Source: Alphaproteobacteria bacterium
GTDB lineage: Bacteria; Pseudomonadota; Alphaproteobacteria; UBA828
Length of the DNA: 64,000 nt
Reading direction: 5' to 3'
Assembly (NCBI GenBank): GCA_963422645.2
Contig: CAXXVO010000007.1
Location: 512,001 to 576,000, forward strand
Every line of letters begins with the position of its first letter. The stretch's first letter is position 1. Below are positions 52,931-63,782 of this stretch, piece by piece. The position numbers and the translations under genes were made by a program. Below the pieces are notes generated by a model. It worked only from the letters and a program-made list of their open reading frames with translations. It was not told the DNA's origin and ran no database searches.

Positions 52931-52932
52931 TC

Positions 52933-53636
52933 GACCGGCACCGGCAAGACCCATGTCGCCCTGGGGCTCGGGCTGGCCGCCTGCCAGAGGGGCCTCTCTA
53001 CGGGCTTCACCACGGCCGCCGCGCTCGTGCACGAGTTGATGGAAGCCCGCGACGAGCGCCGCCTCCTGCGGCTCCAGAAGCAGATGGTCGCCTGCAAACT
53101 GCTGATCATCGACGAGTTGGGCTTCGTGCCGCTGAGCAAGACTGGCGCCGAGCTTCTGTTCGAGCTGATCTCGCAGCGCTACCAGCGGGGCGCCACGCTC
53201 ATCACCTCCAACCTCCCTTTCGACGAATGGACCGAGACCTTCGGCACCGAGCGCCTGACTGGGGCACTGCTCGACCGTCTCACCCATCACGTCAATATCC
53301 TCGAGATGAACGGCGACAGCTACCGCCTCAGCCAAAGCCGCGCCCGCAGAAACAGGGCCGATAGCTGAACTGCAGCACGCAGCCGATCGGCCCCGGCCTG
53401 CAACGCGCCCCTGAGGCCCGGGTGGCGAGACCAACCCCAACCCGATAAACCATGCCGCCCTGCGGGCGGCCGGCGGGCGCGGACCGCTTGAGCTCTGCAT
53501 GGCTCCGCTGCCCGCTCCCGCCGAAAAGCCCTCGCACCGCGTCTCCGACTCCCAGCCTCACGCCAAGGTCAGACCACCAGCCCAGGTGGCAGTCTTTTGC
53601 GCCGCCCTTTGGCCGAATCTTCAACCGTCGTTGACA
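52933..53636 (+). mobile_element. istB: Right-end remnant of a second IS21 family element (istB 3' part ends 53368; IRR ends 53636)
   Basis: GTGKTHVALGLG...IIDELGFVP...LLDRLTHH; end GCCGCCCTTTGGCCGAATCTTCAACCGTCGTTGACA. Confidence 0.85.
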
Positions 53637-53719
53637 GGCGCCAACGCACTCATACGACATTGATGCTGTCAGCATACTGATCGATGCATGATCGTCTCGA
53701 AGTCGAGGCAGCGCGTTGG

Positions 53720-54187
53720 TCATTGTCCGGCTAGGCGGTCCGGTGCAATTGGCAGCGGTAACGGCGAGGGATCCACGAAGCGCCCAAGAACGTTGCCCAC
53801 CATGCGGGACACATTATTGTCGTAGTTGTTCCAGGGTAAGCTGCTAATGAAAGCGATGGAGCCGACCGAGAAAACCGCGCCGCCATTGGGTGTCTCGTAG
53901 AATACGATGTCGGCACGCACCATGTCATTGTCGATTCCGCTGATCGACGCGGATGACATGATTATTTCCTCGACCACCAGTAGGTAAAGAGGCCCATGGT
54001 TTTCCGAAGATGCCAGTACCAGAGCATGGGGCGGCGTGCCAAGGCGTTGATCAGCGCGGTCAATCTCGTTGCCAGCTGCCCCCCCGCCGTGATAGCCGAA
54101 GTCGCCGATCAGCTCGTCATCGCCGATGCCTTCGAAGATAAACCCTGCTCGAGGATCAAAGCTGTCCTCTGTCCGTCGGTAATAAGA
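53720..54187 (-). pseudogene. C-terminal fragment of an N,N-dimethylformamidase large-subunit-like gene
   Basis: FIFEGIGDDELIGDFG..GGGAAGNEID...GTPPHALVLASS...VRADIVFYETPNGGAVFSVGSI...NNVSR; 5' part missing beyond the IS. Confidence 0.75.
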
Positions 54188-56546
54188 TCAGACTTCCTGA
54201 CCTCTGCTGATTTTAGGTGACACGAGCCGCGCGGATTCCGAGGCCCCGTCGATGTCGTAGACTATGCGCAGACGGGTGCCGGGGAAGACCGTTTCGGTGG
54301 CGTTCAGGTCGCTCAGAACCGCATCGATCCAACGGTCGCAGGCGTCGTTTGCGAGGCCAAGAATGTGGACCCGCAGGAGGCCATTGCCAGGATCCGGCAG
54401 GATGTCGGCATCGGCGGTGAGCAGCGCTTGAAGCAGTTTCCGGGGATGGGGCTTGTGGCCCTGCGCCTGCATGACGGGAAGCATCATGCGGGTTTCGGCG
54501 CGGTAGGCGATCATCCGGATGACGTCGAGGAGGAGGCGCTCGCGCGCGGGCAAGGCATCGAGCTGCTCGGCTTCGTCGAGGTCGCCGGCCCGGCAGTGCT
54601 TGGGCGTCTCCCTGCGGCTGGCCCTGACGATGTCGCGGACATCCTGGAGGTCCCTGACTTCCCTCCTGAGTTCCGCCGTCGGCTGCTTCTTCCGGGCCGT
54701 GTCGGCGATGCGGTTGCGCAGGCGGCCAAGCTGGCGGTCGAGGCGATGGATTGCCTTGTCATAGGCCCGCCGCAGCGGGTTGACGACCATGGCGGCGGGA
54801 TCGAGAGGCTCGAGCTCGTGGGTCGGCAGGGCGTCGAGATTGAACTCGTCACGCATGTACTTGAAGAAGTTCTCCTGCGACCAGCGCGAGAACATGGCGC
54901 CCGCAACCTCAGCCATCGGCTTGTGCGGATCGGTGGTGATCAGCGGCACCTGACGGCCGTTGTCGAGCAGGCGGCGGATCTGGCGCACCCTGAAGCCGTT
55001 CGGCAACGTCACCGGCTTCTCAGCCAGCCGCATGGTGGCGCTGCCGTCCGCCGCCGGTCCGTGAATGGGAACGGTCATCGCGCCGAAGTCCTCGGCCGGC
55101 CAGTCCTCGCCCCTGAAGTTCTTGTGCCAGGTCAGGCAGGCGACGCCGCGCCTCGCCAGCCGGCGGAACAGATCCGGGCTCCAGCCCTCGCGGTCGAAGA
55201 CCAGGGTGAGCGCCGGCTGGCCGGGATGCTCGGCGGTCAGGTCCGGCGCCCCGGCGCCAACGATCCCAAGCTCCTGCAGCGCCGGCACCACGTCGGCTTC
55301 GATGGCCGCGACCATCTTCGGGTCCAGCGGCTTGTGCAGACAGAGCAGCGGCTTGCCGCCCAGAGCGTTGATCCAGTAGCTGGCGCTCGCCGGCAGGCAC
55401 AGCTTCTCGCGCGAGACGAAGTGCTTGGGCAAGCGCCCCTTGCGGCCGGAGTAGACCTTGACGTGCCCGTCGATGGCCAGCGTCGCCCAGAGCTCCGGCT
55501 CGTCGGCCTTGCCAGCGCCTGGCAAGGGCGAGCTGCCACGCCCGCACGCCGGCCTCGTCGTCGGCGATGAGAGCGATCTTGCGGCGCAGCGTCTTGACCT
55601 CGGGGCAGCGATCGAGGCCGAGAATGGCGCCCCATTCGCCCGGCGCCTGGTAGCGCAGGCTCTCGGGGTTGCGCACCCGCGCCAAGGTCATGAAGGCCAG
55701 GAAGAGCAGGATCGTAGGCAAGCCGTAATAGCCCTTCGGCAGCAATGGCAGGAGACCGGTCTCGGAGAGAAGACCTTCCTTCAGCAGGGCCGGCAGGGCG
55801 GCGAGCACGCCGCCGAAGCGGACACCGCGGGCGGCGGCGGCGAACTGCGGTTCGACCGGCCCCGCCTGTCCACAACTGGCCAGAACCCGAGCCGGAACAT
55901 CGCAAGTCGCACGCCCCATCGGCGCCTGCCGGTCCCGCCGATCGCGCGCGCTGCGATCCGTTTGCGGCTGCGCTTCCAGCCCCGGCGCCGTCTCCGGCCC
56001 CGGGGCACCGGTACTCTCTTCATCGACACGGCCTTCAGGAGCCGCACCCGCGTCAGGCGGCGCAGCCAGCGCTGAGCGTCCGGGCTCCCCATCCGCCTCC
56101 GTGTTGCCGATCAGTCCCTGACGGCGCCACTTGTTGACCGATGGCGCTGACACGCCGAGAACCCGGGCCGCCGCAGAGCCGCTCAGGCCCGATGCCAGCA
56201 ACGCCGTCGCCTTCTCCGCCAACTCCGGAGTGAACACCGACGGCCCGCGACCGCGCCGGGGCTTCATGAACCCCGCTTCGCCCTCGGCCAGGTAGCGCCG
56301 TCGTGCGCGCTGCACCGTCGCGCGCGAGACAGCGAAAGCGTCAGCCAGTTCCTGCGGCGAGACCGCGCTGATCGCCGCGAGGCGGCCGATCCGCAAGAGC
56401 ATGGCCGTGCGGTCATCGGCGGCGTGGCTGTCAAAGGGAATGAGGTTGGAAAAGTAGGTGAAGGTGTCGTCCGAGATCAGGACGGCGAAGCAGCTGTTGC
56501 CGATCGAGACCGCCTCTGGAGGGCACATTGGGAGGGTACTGGGCAT
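54188..56546 (-). pseudogene. Large (~785 aa) transposase with a +1 frameshift near 55510
   Basis: N-terminal HTHs; AIDGH, VFDREG, RWSQENFFK (DDE, IS4-like signature); TGG CAA G GCC GAC breaks the frame. Confidence 0.82.
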
Positions 56547-56702
56547 GGTTGAGACCCCGTGCAATTGGTATCAAATTATAATATCAGACCTCGGGCGCGA
56601 CACCCAGCGAAAAACCGCCTGAAACAACCGAAATGTATCAGAATTCAAGGAGTTCCCGGCACGCTGCCCAGAACAGCCAGCATCACGAGGTCAGGAAGTC
56701 TG
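54189..56702 (-). mobile_element. Unclassified DDE-type IS with CAGACTTCCTGACCTC TIRs, full length (2.5 kb)
   Basis: Perfect 16-bp TIRs; no TSD. Confidence 0.9.
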
Positions 56703-56882
56703 ATGTTTGGCTACCCGTACATCCTTCAACTGGGGGATAATGGGCGAAATACCTCCTCGAAAACGTGGTCGTGTCCCCGTGGCGTGGTGTAGGAAATTTT
56801 GGTGCCAGCGGGTATGGGGGTGATCGGCTTGCTGTAGCGACCGCCAAGAGTCTGGCGGAGGCAAGCCAAGTTGCCGGACCGG

Positions 56883-57197
56883 TCAGCCGATATCGACGTA
56901 GACGGACCCCTTCTCGATCCGCACCGGATAGACGGCCAGATCGTCGAGAACCGGGGCACCGAGCGCCTCGCCCGTCTTGTAGTGGAATCGGCCGTTGTGC
57001 TTCGGGCACACGATCACGTCGTCGAACACCATGCCTTCGGCGAGGTGCGTCTCCTCGTGGGTGCAGTATCCGTCGGTCGCATGGAACTCGTTGTCGGGGC
57101 TGCGGTAGATCGCGAACGTCCGCCCGTCGTGATCGAAGCGGATCACGTCCTCGGGCTCGATATCGTCGACAGCGCAGGCCCTGACCCAGTCGCTCAT
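56883..57197 (-). CDS. mocE: Rieske [2Fe-2S] ferredoxin (MocE-like)
   Basis: CTHE...CPKHNGRF; ATG at 57197. Confidence 0.88.
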   Translation of the reverse strand: MSDWVRACAVDDIEPEDVIRFDHDGRTFAIYRSPDNEFHATDGYCTHEETHLAEGMVFDDVIVCPKHNGRFHYKTGEALGAPVLDDLAVYPVRIEKGSVYVDIG

Positions 57198-57274
57198 CGA
57201 AATCCTTTCCTGACCGCCGGGCTCCTGCACCGCGCGCGTGCTGCGCTCGCTCGGCCGACGCCCCCGACGCCGGT

Positions 57275-58339
57275 TCACTCCGCCGCGGCTGCCGCCCTTG
57301 CTTCGGCGGGGGCCTGGGGCAGGTCCTTGTGGATCCAGAGCTCCGGGTCCCGGCGCTGCTTGAACAGAGTAGGAACCAGCTCCCGGTAGGCCGCCCAGAC
57401 GCTCGGGCAGGGTGGCGGGCAGTCCGCCTTGATCTCCTCGTGCAGCTTGGGCAGGGCATGGTAGGGCACCAGCGGGAACATGTGGTGCTCCACGTGATAG
57501 TTCATGTTGAGGTAGAGGAAACGCAGCACCGGGTTCATGTAGACGGTGCGGGTACAGAGGCGGTGGTCGAGCACGTCGTCGGCAAGGGCCAGGTGCTGGG
57601 TCACCCCGAAGAAGAGGGCGATCCAGAAGCCGACGAAGGGCGGCACCAGCACCAGCGCGATCGGCAGCACCGAACCGGTCGCGATCGCCAGCGCGATGAC
57701 GCCGAACCAGATCGCGATCCACACCCGCGCGGCCAGGTACACCCTCCACCACTCCGATTCCGGCACGAAGTCCTCTTCCGGGAAGGTCTTCTTGCCGCAC
57801 GCGTGGATGAAGACCTTATTGATCGCCTTGACTCCGATGTTGAGATTGAAGGCGGCGAAGAGCAGCGAGCGAAAGTTGGGCGGCCGCGGGGTGATGATCT
57901 CCGGGTCCCGGCCGACGATGATCGTGTCGGTGTGGTGGCGCGTGTGGCTCCAGCGCCAGATTGTCGGCTCACGCAGCAGGAAGAACGATGCGAAGTTGTA
58001 GACCGCATCGTTAACCCACGGGATGGCGGTCGCCGTGCCGTGACCGAACTCGTGCCAGCGCGGATCGGACGAGCCGCCGAGAATTGTGCAGTAGGCGAAA
58101 TAGACGGGCACCATCCACCAGGTGCCCCAGGTGAACCAGGTGAGGACGCCGAGCCCGGCGATCAGCGCAAACCAGAGGAAGAGATGCCAGAGAGCGGGGA
58201 AGTTGCGGCGCTTCATGAGCTCCTTGAGGCGCGCGCGCGGCACCGGGGACTGGTACCAGTCCGCCGAGACGAGGCCCTTCTCCCAGGCGCGCCTGGTTTC
58301 CTCGCCGTTCAGGCTGTAGTCCCGGCTTGCAATGGCCAT
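57275..58339 (-). CDS. mocD: Fatty acid desaturase-family membrane di-iron oxygenase (MocD-like)
   Basis: His boxes HEFGH, HTRHH, QH, YHVEHH; N-terminal RDYSL..E; adjacent to the Rieske ferredoxin. Confidence 0.85.
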   Translation of the reverse strand: MAIASRDYSLNGEETRRAWEKGLVSADWYQSPVPRARLKELMKRRNFPALWHLFLWFALIAGLGVLTWFTWGTWWMVPVYFAYCTILGGSSDPRWHEFGHGTATAIPWVNDAVYNFASFFLLREPTIWRWSHTRHHTDTIIVGRDPEIITPRPPNFRSLLFAAFNLNIGVKAINKVFIHACGKKTFPEEDFVPESEWWRVYLAARVWIAIWFGVIALAIATGSVLPIALVLVPPFVGFWIALFFGVTQHLALADDVLDHRLCTRTVYMNPVLRFLYLNMNYHVEHHMFPLVPYHALPKLHEEIKADCPPPCPSVWAAYRELVPTLFKQRRDPELWIHKDLPQAPAEARAAAAAE

Positions 58340-58731
58340 GCCTGCATCCCTCCTGTGCGTTCAGGCCCACGGGATTGAGCCGAGCCCCACCGCCTCGCGA
58401 GCAGCCGCCTACCGATATGAAGCGCACGCGGCGCTCCCGATCCGGCGGCTCTCGACGATCCTCCGGCCGACCCGATTGCGGCTGGCAACTGCCAACGGGC
58501 CAGGACCCTGACCGGGTTGTCCGGCCCGGATTTTAGCCCATGCTCGGCCTTGCGCTCCAATTTTTCTCCACGGCTCGGGTTGCGACCGGCAGTTGCGGCT
58601 TCCCGAGACGTCGCGCCGCGCGCCGGGTCGGCAGCGTTGTAATCCAAATTTGTGCTTGCTAGGGTTTCGAAGCGGCGGTCCTGGTTACCGTCACGGGTCC
58701 GGGCGCGCCGACGGGATCGAGGGAGAACCTC

Positions 58732-59664
58732 ATGGCGATCACCGACCAGCAGGTTCAGCAGTACTTCGACGATGGCTTTCTCATCGTGGAGGACTTGCTG
58801 ACGGACGACGACCTCCAGCCGGTCATGGACGAGCTTGAGCAGGTCGTGGACGAATGGGCCGAGAAGCTCTATCGGGCAGGCAAGATCTCGGACAAGTGCG
58901 CGGACGAGGACTTTTTCCATCGCCTCGCGAAGCTCGAGGAGCAGTGGCCGGGCGCCGCCCCGCTCGTTCACAACCGGGAGCAGGTTCGACCGGCACTGGC
59001 GAGGCTCTGGACGTCGGACAAGCTCCTCGACATTCTCGAACGCTTTCTCGGCCCCGACATCTGCGGCCATCCGATCAGCGCGATTCGGCCCAAGACCCCG
59101 AACACGCAGCTGATGACCGTCCCGTGGCACCAGGACGCGGCCTATTTCACCCCGGGAATGGAGCGCACGCTGCAGCCGGTCGCGTGGATCCCCTTTATCG
59201 ATGCGAACAGCGAAAACGGAGCACTCCAGGTGGTCCGCGGCGGGCACCGGTCAGGGCAGGTGTTCCGCCACCGCAAGGAGTGCGTGGTCGGGCATCCGAA
59301 GTCCTGGTACGTCTACATCGACGAGGCCGACCTCCCGGAAGGCGAGCGCGTCACCTGCGAGATGAAGATGGGCTCGGTCCTCTTCCACAACACGATGATG
59401 CCGCACCGCTCGACCGAGAATTACTCCGACAAGATCCGGTGGTCGGTCGACCTCCGCTATCAACGGCCGGGCGAGCCGGCGGGGTTCGACGACCGGCCGC
59501 TGGTGCAGATGCGATCGGCCGACGATCCCGATTTCTGTATCGACGTTGCCGAATGGGCGGAAGGGCAGCTCGACGACGTCCAGGCGTACCGGGGCCTTGC
59601 TGACGACAGCTTCGAGTACTCGTGCTCCGGGCCCTGGCTCGATCGTTGGGAGGAGGCGGCCTGA
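58732..59664 (+). CDS. Phytanoyl-CoA dioxygenase (PhyH) family 2OG-Fe(II) enzyme
   Basis: YFDDGFLIV, VPWHQD, ENGALQV, PHRS, RWSVDLRY. Confidence 0.9.
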   Translation: MAITDQQVQQYFDDGFLIVEDLLTDDDLQPVMDELEQVVDEWAEKLYRAGKISDKCADEDFFHRLAKLEEQWPGAAPLVHNREQVRPALARLWTSDKLLDILERFLGPDICGHPISAIRPKTPNTQLMTVPWHQDAAYFTPGMERTLQPVAWIPFIDANSENGALQVVRGGHRSGQVFRHRKECVVGHPKSWYVYIDEADLPEGERVTCEMKMGSVLFHNTMMPHRSTENYSDKIRWSVDLRYQRPGEPAGFDDRPLVQMRSADDPDFCIDVAEWAEGQLDDVQAYRGLADDSFEYSCSGPWLDRWEEAA

Positions 59665-59791
59665 CGAAGGTCCTGCGTGAATGCGATACGAACGACATGG
59701 GTGTTGGCGAACCCAGAACGGATGCCCGGCCGCGCTGGCCGGGTGTGCCGCGAAGACCGCCAGCCTTGAATAAGAGGGAGGAAATCAGACC

Positions 59792-60742
59792 ATGACTCGA
59801 AACCGGATCCTCGTCGCGCTTGGAGCGGCGATCCTCGGACTGTCGTTGGCCCAACCGGGTCAGGCCAAGCTGGACGACGACAATGTCGACGTGACCCTCA
59901 TCGTCCACTGCTGTCCGGGCAACGTCTTCTTCGAGCCGGTGATGTTCGGCGCGAGGGAAGCGGCGGAGCTCTTCAACGTCAATCTCGACATCCAGAATGC
60001 CGAGGGCGACCCGCAGCGCCAGATCAACATCATCGAGACCGCCATCGCCAACCGGCAGGACGGCGTGGTGCCGATGATCTCCGTCGAGGACGCGATGATC
60101 GAGGTCATCGCCAAGGCGCGTGAGGCGGGAATGGCGGTCATCTCTTCAAACATCGACGACCCCGATACCGCGCGCCAGGCCTTCGTCGGCCAGGACTTCA
60201 TCGCTTCCGGCTTCATCATCGGGTCGAGGATGATCGCGGAGCACGGCCTCAAGGAAGGCGATCACTGTGTCGCGCCGGTCGAGTTCCCCGATCTCATCTA
60301 CGCCGGCGAGCGCTACCAGGGCGTCAAGAATGCGCTGGACGCGGCCGGGATCACGAGCGAGATGATCGGCACCGGCGACCAGGTCGCGGAGAACCTCAAC
60401 ATCGTCGCCGAATACCTGCTCGCCAATCCGGATACCGACTGCGCCATCGGGCTCGGCAACGTGCCGACCTCGGTGCTGCCGCAGGCCGCGGAAGAGGCGG
60501 GGCTCGAGGGCCTGCCCAACGGCGGGTTCGACGTCAATCCGCGCATCATGGAGAACATCAACGCCGGACTGACCACGGCAACCATGGATCAGCAGCCCTT
60601 CTGGCAGGGCTTCCTGCCCGTCATGTTCATCGCCTACCAGGTCCGCTACAACCTGGCGCCAGGAGGCGTTGACACGGGCAACGGCGTCGTCGATGCGTCG
60701 AATGCCCAGGCGGCGACCGACTTCGCCGGAAGCTATCGCTAG
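59792..60742 (+). CDS. Sugar/polyol ABC substrate-binding protein
   Basis: Signal peptide; AFVGQD, GGFD, DQQPFWQG. Confidence 0.88.
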   Translation: MTRNRILVALGAAILGLSLAQPGQAKLDDDNVDVTLIVHCCPGNVFFEPVMFGAREAAELFNVNLDIQNAEGDPQRQINIIETAIANRQDGVVPMISVEDAMIEVIAKAREAGMAVISSNIDDPDTARQAFVGQDFIASGFIIGSRMIAEHGLKEGDHCVAPVEFPDLIYAGERYQGVKNALDAAGITSEMIGTGDQVAENLNIVAEYLLANPDTDCAIGLGNVPTSVLPQAAEEAGLEGLPNGGFDVNPRIMENINAGLTTATMDQQPFWQGFLPVMFIAYQVRYNLAPGGVDTGNGVVDASNAQAATDFAGSYR

Positions 60743-60854
60743 AGTTCCGGCCCCCGCCTGATTTGGGAACCGAAATCCCTCCCCGCGGCCGTCCACGGAC
60801 GGACGGTCGCGGGGACGGGCAGGCTCGGTCTCCGCTAGGGAATTCCCGACGGAC

Positions 60855-61907
60855 ATGAGCGCATCGGAATCGAACGCCGGCACGGAAGCGGGCGCGGGTC
60901 GCTATGTTCGCCAGACGCTGTGGACGCGCTTCCTCCGATACCCCGCCGCCAACATCGTCGTCCTCTACGGCACCTTCCTCCTCACCCTCATCGTCATCGG
61001 AATCGTGGTTCCCAGCGACTTCCGCTTCCTCGCCACCGGCAATCTCGGTGTTTTGTTCCAGACCATACCGACCCTCGGGATACTCGCTCTCGGCGTCGGA
61101 ATGCTGATGATTGCCGGCGAGTTCGATCTGTCGGTCGCCGGCGTCTACACCCTCGCCCCCTACTTGATGGGGCTGTCCATGAACGAATGGAACTGGCCGC
61201 TCTGGGCGGCGGTTCTGCTCGCCCTCTTCGTCGGCGTCGTGGTCGGGATCGTGAACGGGCTCATCACGACCAAGCTGGTGATCCCCTCCTTCATTGCCAC
61301 CCTCGGGATGATGTTCCTCCTGCGCGGCGTGGTCCGGTACTTCTCATCGGACCCCAAGTCGTCGTCGTCCGAGCAGGTATCGATCTATCCCGGCGAGACC
61401 TTCGAGGCGGTCCTCACCGGTCACATCGTGGGGCCGCTCCATGCCCAGTTCCTGTGGTTCATCTTCTTCGCGGTCCTCGCATATTTTTTCCTGAACCGGC
61501 ATCGGCTCGGTAATCATTTCCTTGCCGTCGGCGGCAACCGCGAGGCGGCGATCGCCGTCGGTGTCAACGTGAACCGGGTCAAACGGGCCGGATTCGTCAT
61601 CTGTTCGGTGGGCGCGGCAATCGCGGGAACGATCTCGGCAACCCGGGTCAACGCGATCATCCCCGCCCAGACCCTCACCGGGCTCGAGCTCCAGGCCATC
61701 GCCGCCTGCGTCGTCGGCGGCGTCTTCCTCTTTGGCGGTCGCGGCACGGTGCTCGGCATCTGTCTCGGTGTCGCCCTCATCCTCACCGTCGACGACCTCC
61801 TCATCCTGCTGCGCGCCCCCGGCGTCTACCTGCAGGGCTTCGTCGGAGCGATCGTGATTGTCGCGGTCATCGTCAACGCCTGGTTCGCCCGGCGGGTCAG
61901 CGGTTAG
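60855..61907 (+). CDS. Sugar ABC transporter permease
   Basis: GEFDLSV, PSFIATLG, VGGNREAA. Confidence 0.92.
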   Translation: MSASESNAGTEAGAGRYVRQTLWTRFLRYPAANIVVLYGTFLLTLIVIGIVVPSDFRFLATGNLGVLFQTIPTLGILALGVGMLMIAGEFDLSVAGVYTLAPYLMGLSMNEWNWPLWAAVLLALFVGVVVGIVNGLITTKLVIPSFIATLGMMFLLRGVVRYFSSDPKSSSSEQVSIYPGETFEAVLTGHIVGPLHAQFLWFIFFAVLAYFFLNRHRLGNHFLAVGGNREAAIAVGVNVNRVKRAGFVICSVGAAIAGTISATRVNAIIPAQTLTGLELQAIAACVVGGVFLFGGRGTVLGICLGVALILTVDDLLILLRAPGVYLQGFVGAIVIVAVIVNAWFARRVSG

Positions 61908-61928
61908 TCCGGCTGAGCGGGGCCCGGC

Positions 61929-62942
61929 ATGGCAGATTCCTGGAGCAGCAAAACGGCCCCCGATCGCTACGCGGGTGCAAACCTTCTCGATCGGTTCCGC
62001 GCCCATCCGGCCGGCAACGTCATCATCGTGTTCCTCGTGTTCCTCGCCGTCTGCGTCGTCATCTCGCTGCTCTATCCGAGCGATTTCCGCTTCACGCAGC
62101 CGGCCAACATCCGAATCCTGATGCGCGCGATCCCTCCGCTCGGGATCATGGCGCTCGGGGTCGGACTGCTGATGATCTGCGGCGAGTTCGACCTGTCCGT
62201 GGGCGCCGTCTTCATCGTCGCGCCCTATGTGATGGTGTTCGCCTACGTGAACGACGTGCCGCTTGCCGTCGCCATTCTCGCCGGCATGGTGAGCGGAATG
62301 ACGATCGGGTTGATCAACGGGCTCATCACCACCCGGTTCGGCATACCATCCTTCATAACGACGCTCGGCATGCTCTTTATATTGCGTGCCGGGGCACGCA
62401 TCATCGCCAACAGCCGCCCGCTCAGCTTCTTCCCGCCGGACGACTTCGAGGACGCGCTGACCGGGCGCCTCGGTTCGTACATGCAGGCGCAGTTCCTCTG
62501 GTTCATCGGGATTGCGGTCATCTGCTACTTCTTCCTGAACCGCCATCGCCTCGGCAACCACTTCTTCGCGGCCGGAGGCAACCGCGAAGCGGCGCTCTCA
62601 GTCGGCATCAACGTGGTGCAAACGAAGCTGCTCGCCTTCGTCCTCTGTTCCGGCCTCGCCACGTTCGCCGGCATCATCAGCACCACGCGAATTAATTCTG
62701 CGACGTCGACTCCCGTGCTCTATCTCGAGCTGGAGGCGATCGCGATCTGCGTCATCGGGGGCCTGGCGTTGGCCGGCGGGCGCGGAGCGATCATCGGCAT
62801 CGTCGTCGGGACCATCATCCTGCAGATGGTCAAGGACGTGATTATCCTGGCGAAGCTGCCCGGCTTTTATCTCGACATGTTCATCGGTATCGTCATTGTC
62901 TTCGGGGTCGTGCTCAACCAGATCGCCCGCAAGAAGTACTGA
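61929..62942 (+). CDS. Sugar ABC transporter permease
   Basis: GEFDLSV, PSFITTLG. Confidence 0.92.
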   Translation: MADSWSSKTAPDRYAGANLLDRFRAHPAGNVIIVFLVFLAVCVVISLLYPSDFRFTQPANIRILMRAIPPLGIMALGVGLLMICGEFDLSVGAVFIVAPYVMVFAYVNDVPLAVAILAGMVSGMTIGLINGLITTRFGIPSFITTLGMLFILRAGARIIANSRPLSFFPPDDFEDALTGRLGSYMQAQFLWFIGIAVICYFFLNRHRLGNHFFAAGGNREAALSVGINVVQTKLLAFVLCSGLATFAGIISTTRINSATSTPVLYLELEAIAICVIGGLALAGGRGAIIGIVVGTIILQMVKDVIILAKLPGFYLDMFIGIVIVFGVVLNQIARKKY

Positions 62943-62964
62943 CAGCGCCGGAGGAGGAAGGAAG

Positions 62965-63744
62965 ATGGCGGAAGTTCAAGCGGCAGTTGACGAGACCGGC
63001 AGCGTCGACGCGAGCGCACCGATCTTCGAGGTGCAGGGGGTATCGAAGTCCTACGGCCACGTGGAAGCGCTGATCGACGTCGACTTCCAGATCTATCCCA
63101 ACGAGGTGGTCGGACTCCTCGGCGACAACGGCGCGGGCAAGTCCACCCTCATCAAGATCATGTCGGGGGTGGTGCAGCCCGACTCCGGGACGTTCATACG
63201 AGACGGAAAGCAGATCTCCATCAACTCCCGGAGAGCGTCGGAGGCGGCGGGCATCGAGACGATCTATCAGGACATCGCGCTGGTGGGCTCGATGTCGATC
63301 ATGCGCAACATCTTCGCCGGGCGAGAGCTGGTCAACCGGGCCGGCTTCCTGCGCATCAAGGAGATGCGCGACACCGCGATGGAGATCCTGGACAAGTACG
63401 TCCGCATCGCGGGGATCACCTCGCCGGAGCTGATGGTGGAAGAGCTCTCGGGCGGACAGCAGCAGGCGGTCGCCATCGCCCGCGCGGTGCACTTCAAGCA
63501 CGACATGCTGCTGCTCGATGAGCCGACCAGCGCGCTCTCGGTGCGGGAGACCGAGAAGGTGCTCGGCTTCATGACCGAACTCGCGTCAACCGGGGTCTCG
63601 TGCGTCTTCGTGACCCACAACCTCTACCAGGCTTCTCAGGTCTGTCACCGCTTCGTGGTGATGGCCCACGGACAGGTGATCAAGGTCGCCCGCAAGGAAG
63701 AGACCACGATCGAAGAGCTGACGGAGCTCCTCGTCACCCACTAA
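62965..63744 (+). CDS. Sugar ABC transporter ATP-binding protein (single NBD)
   Basis: GDNGAGKS, LSGGQQQ, LLDEPT; ATG at 62965. Confidence 0.92.
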   Translation: MAEVQAAVDETGSVDASAPIFEVQGVSKSYGHVEALIDVDFQIYPNEVVGLLGDNGAGKSTLIKIMSGVVQPDSGTFIRDGKQISINSRRASEAAGIETIYQDIALVGSMSIMRNIFAGRELVNRAGFLRIKEMRDTAMEILDKYVRIAGITSPELMVEELSGGQQQAVAIARAVHFKHDMLLLDEPTSALSVRETEKVLGFMTELASTGVSCVFVTHNLYQASQVCHRFVVMAHGQVIKVARKEETTIEELTELLVTH

Positions 63745-63782
63745 GCCGCATCAGCGGCTCCGTCCCGAGCCGCGGGACAGGG

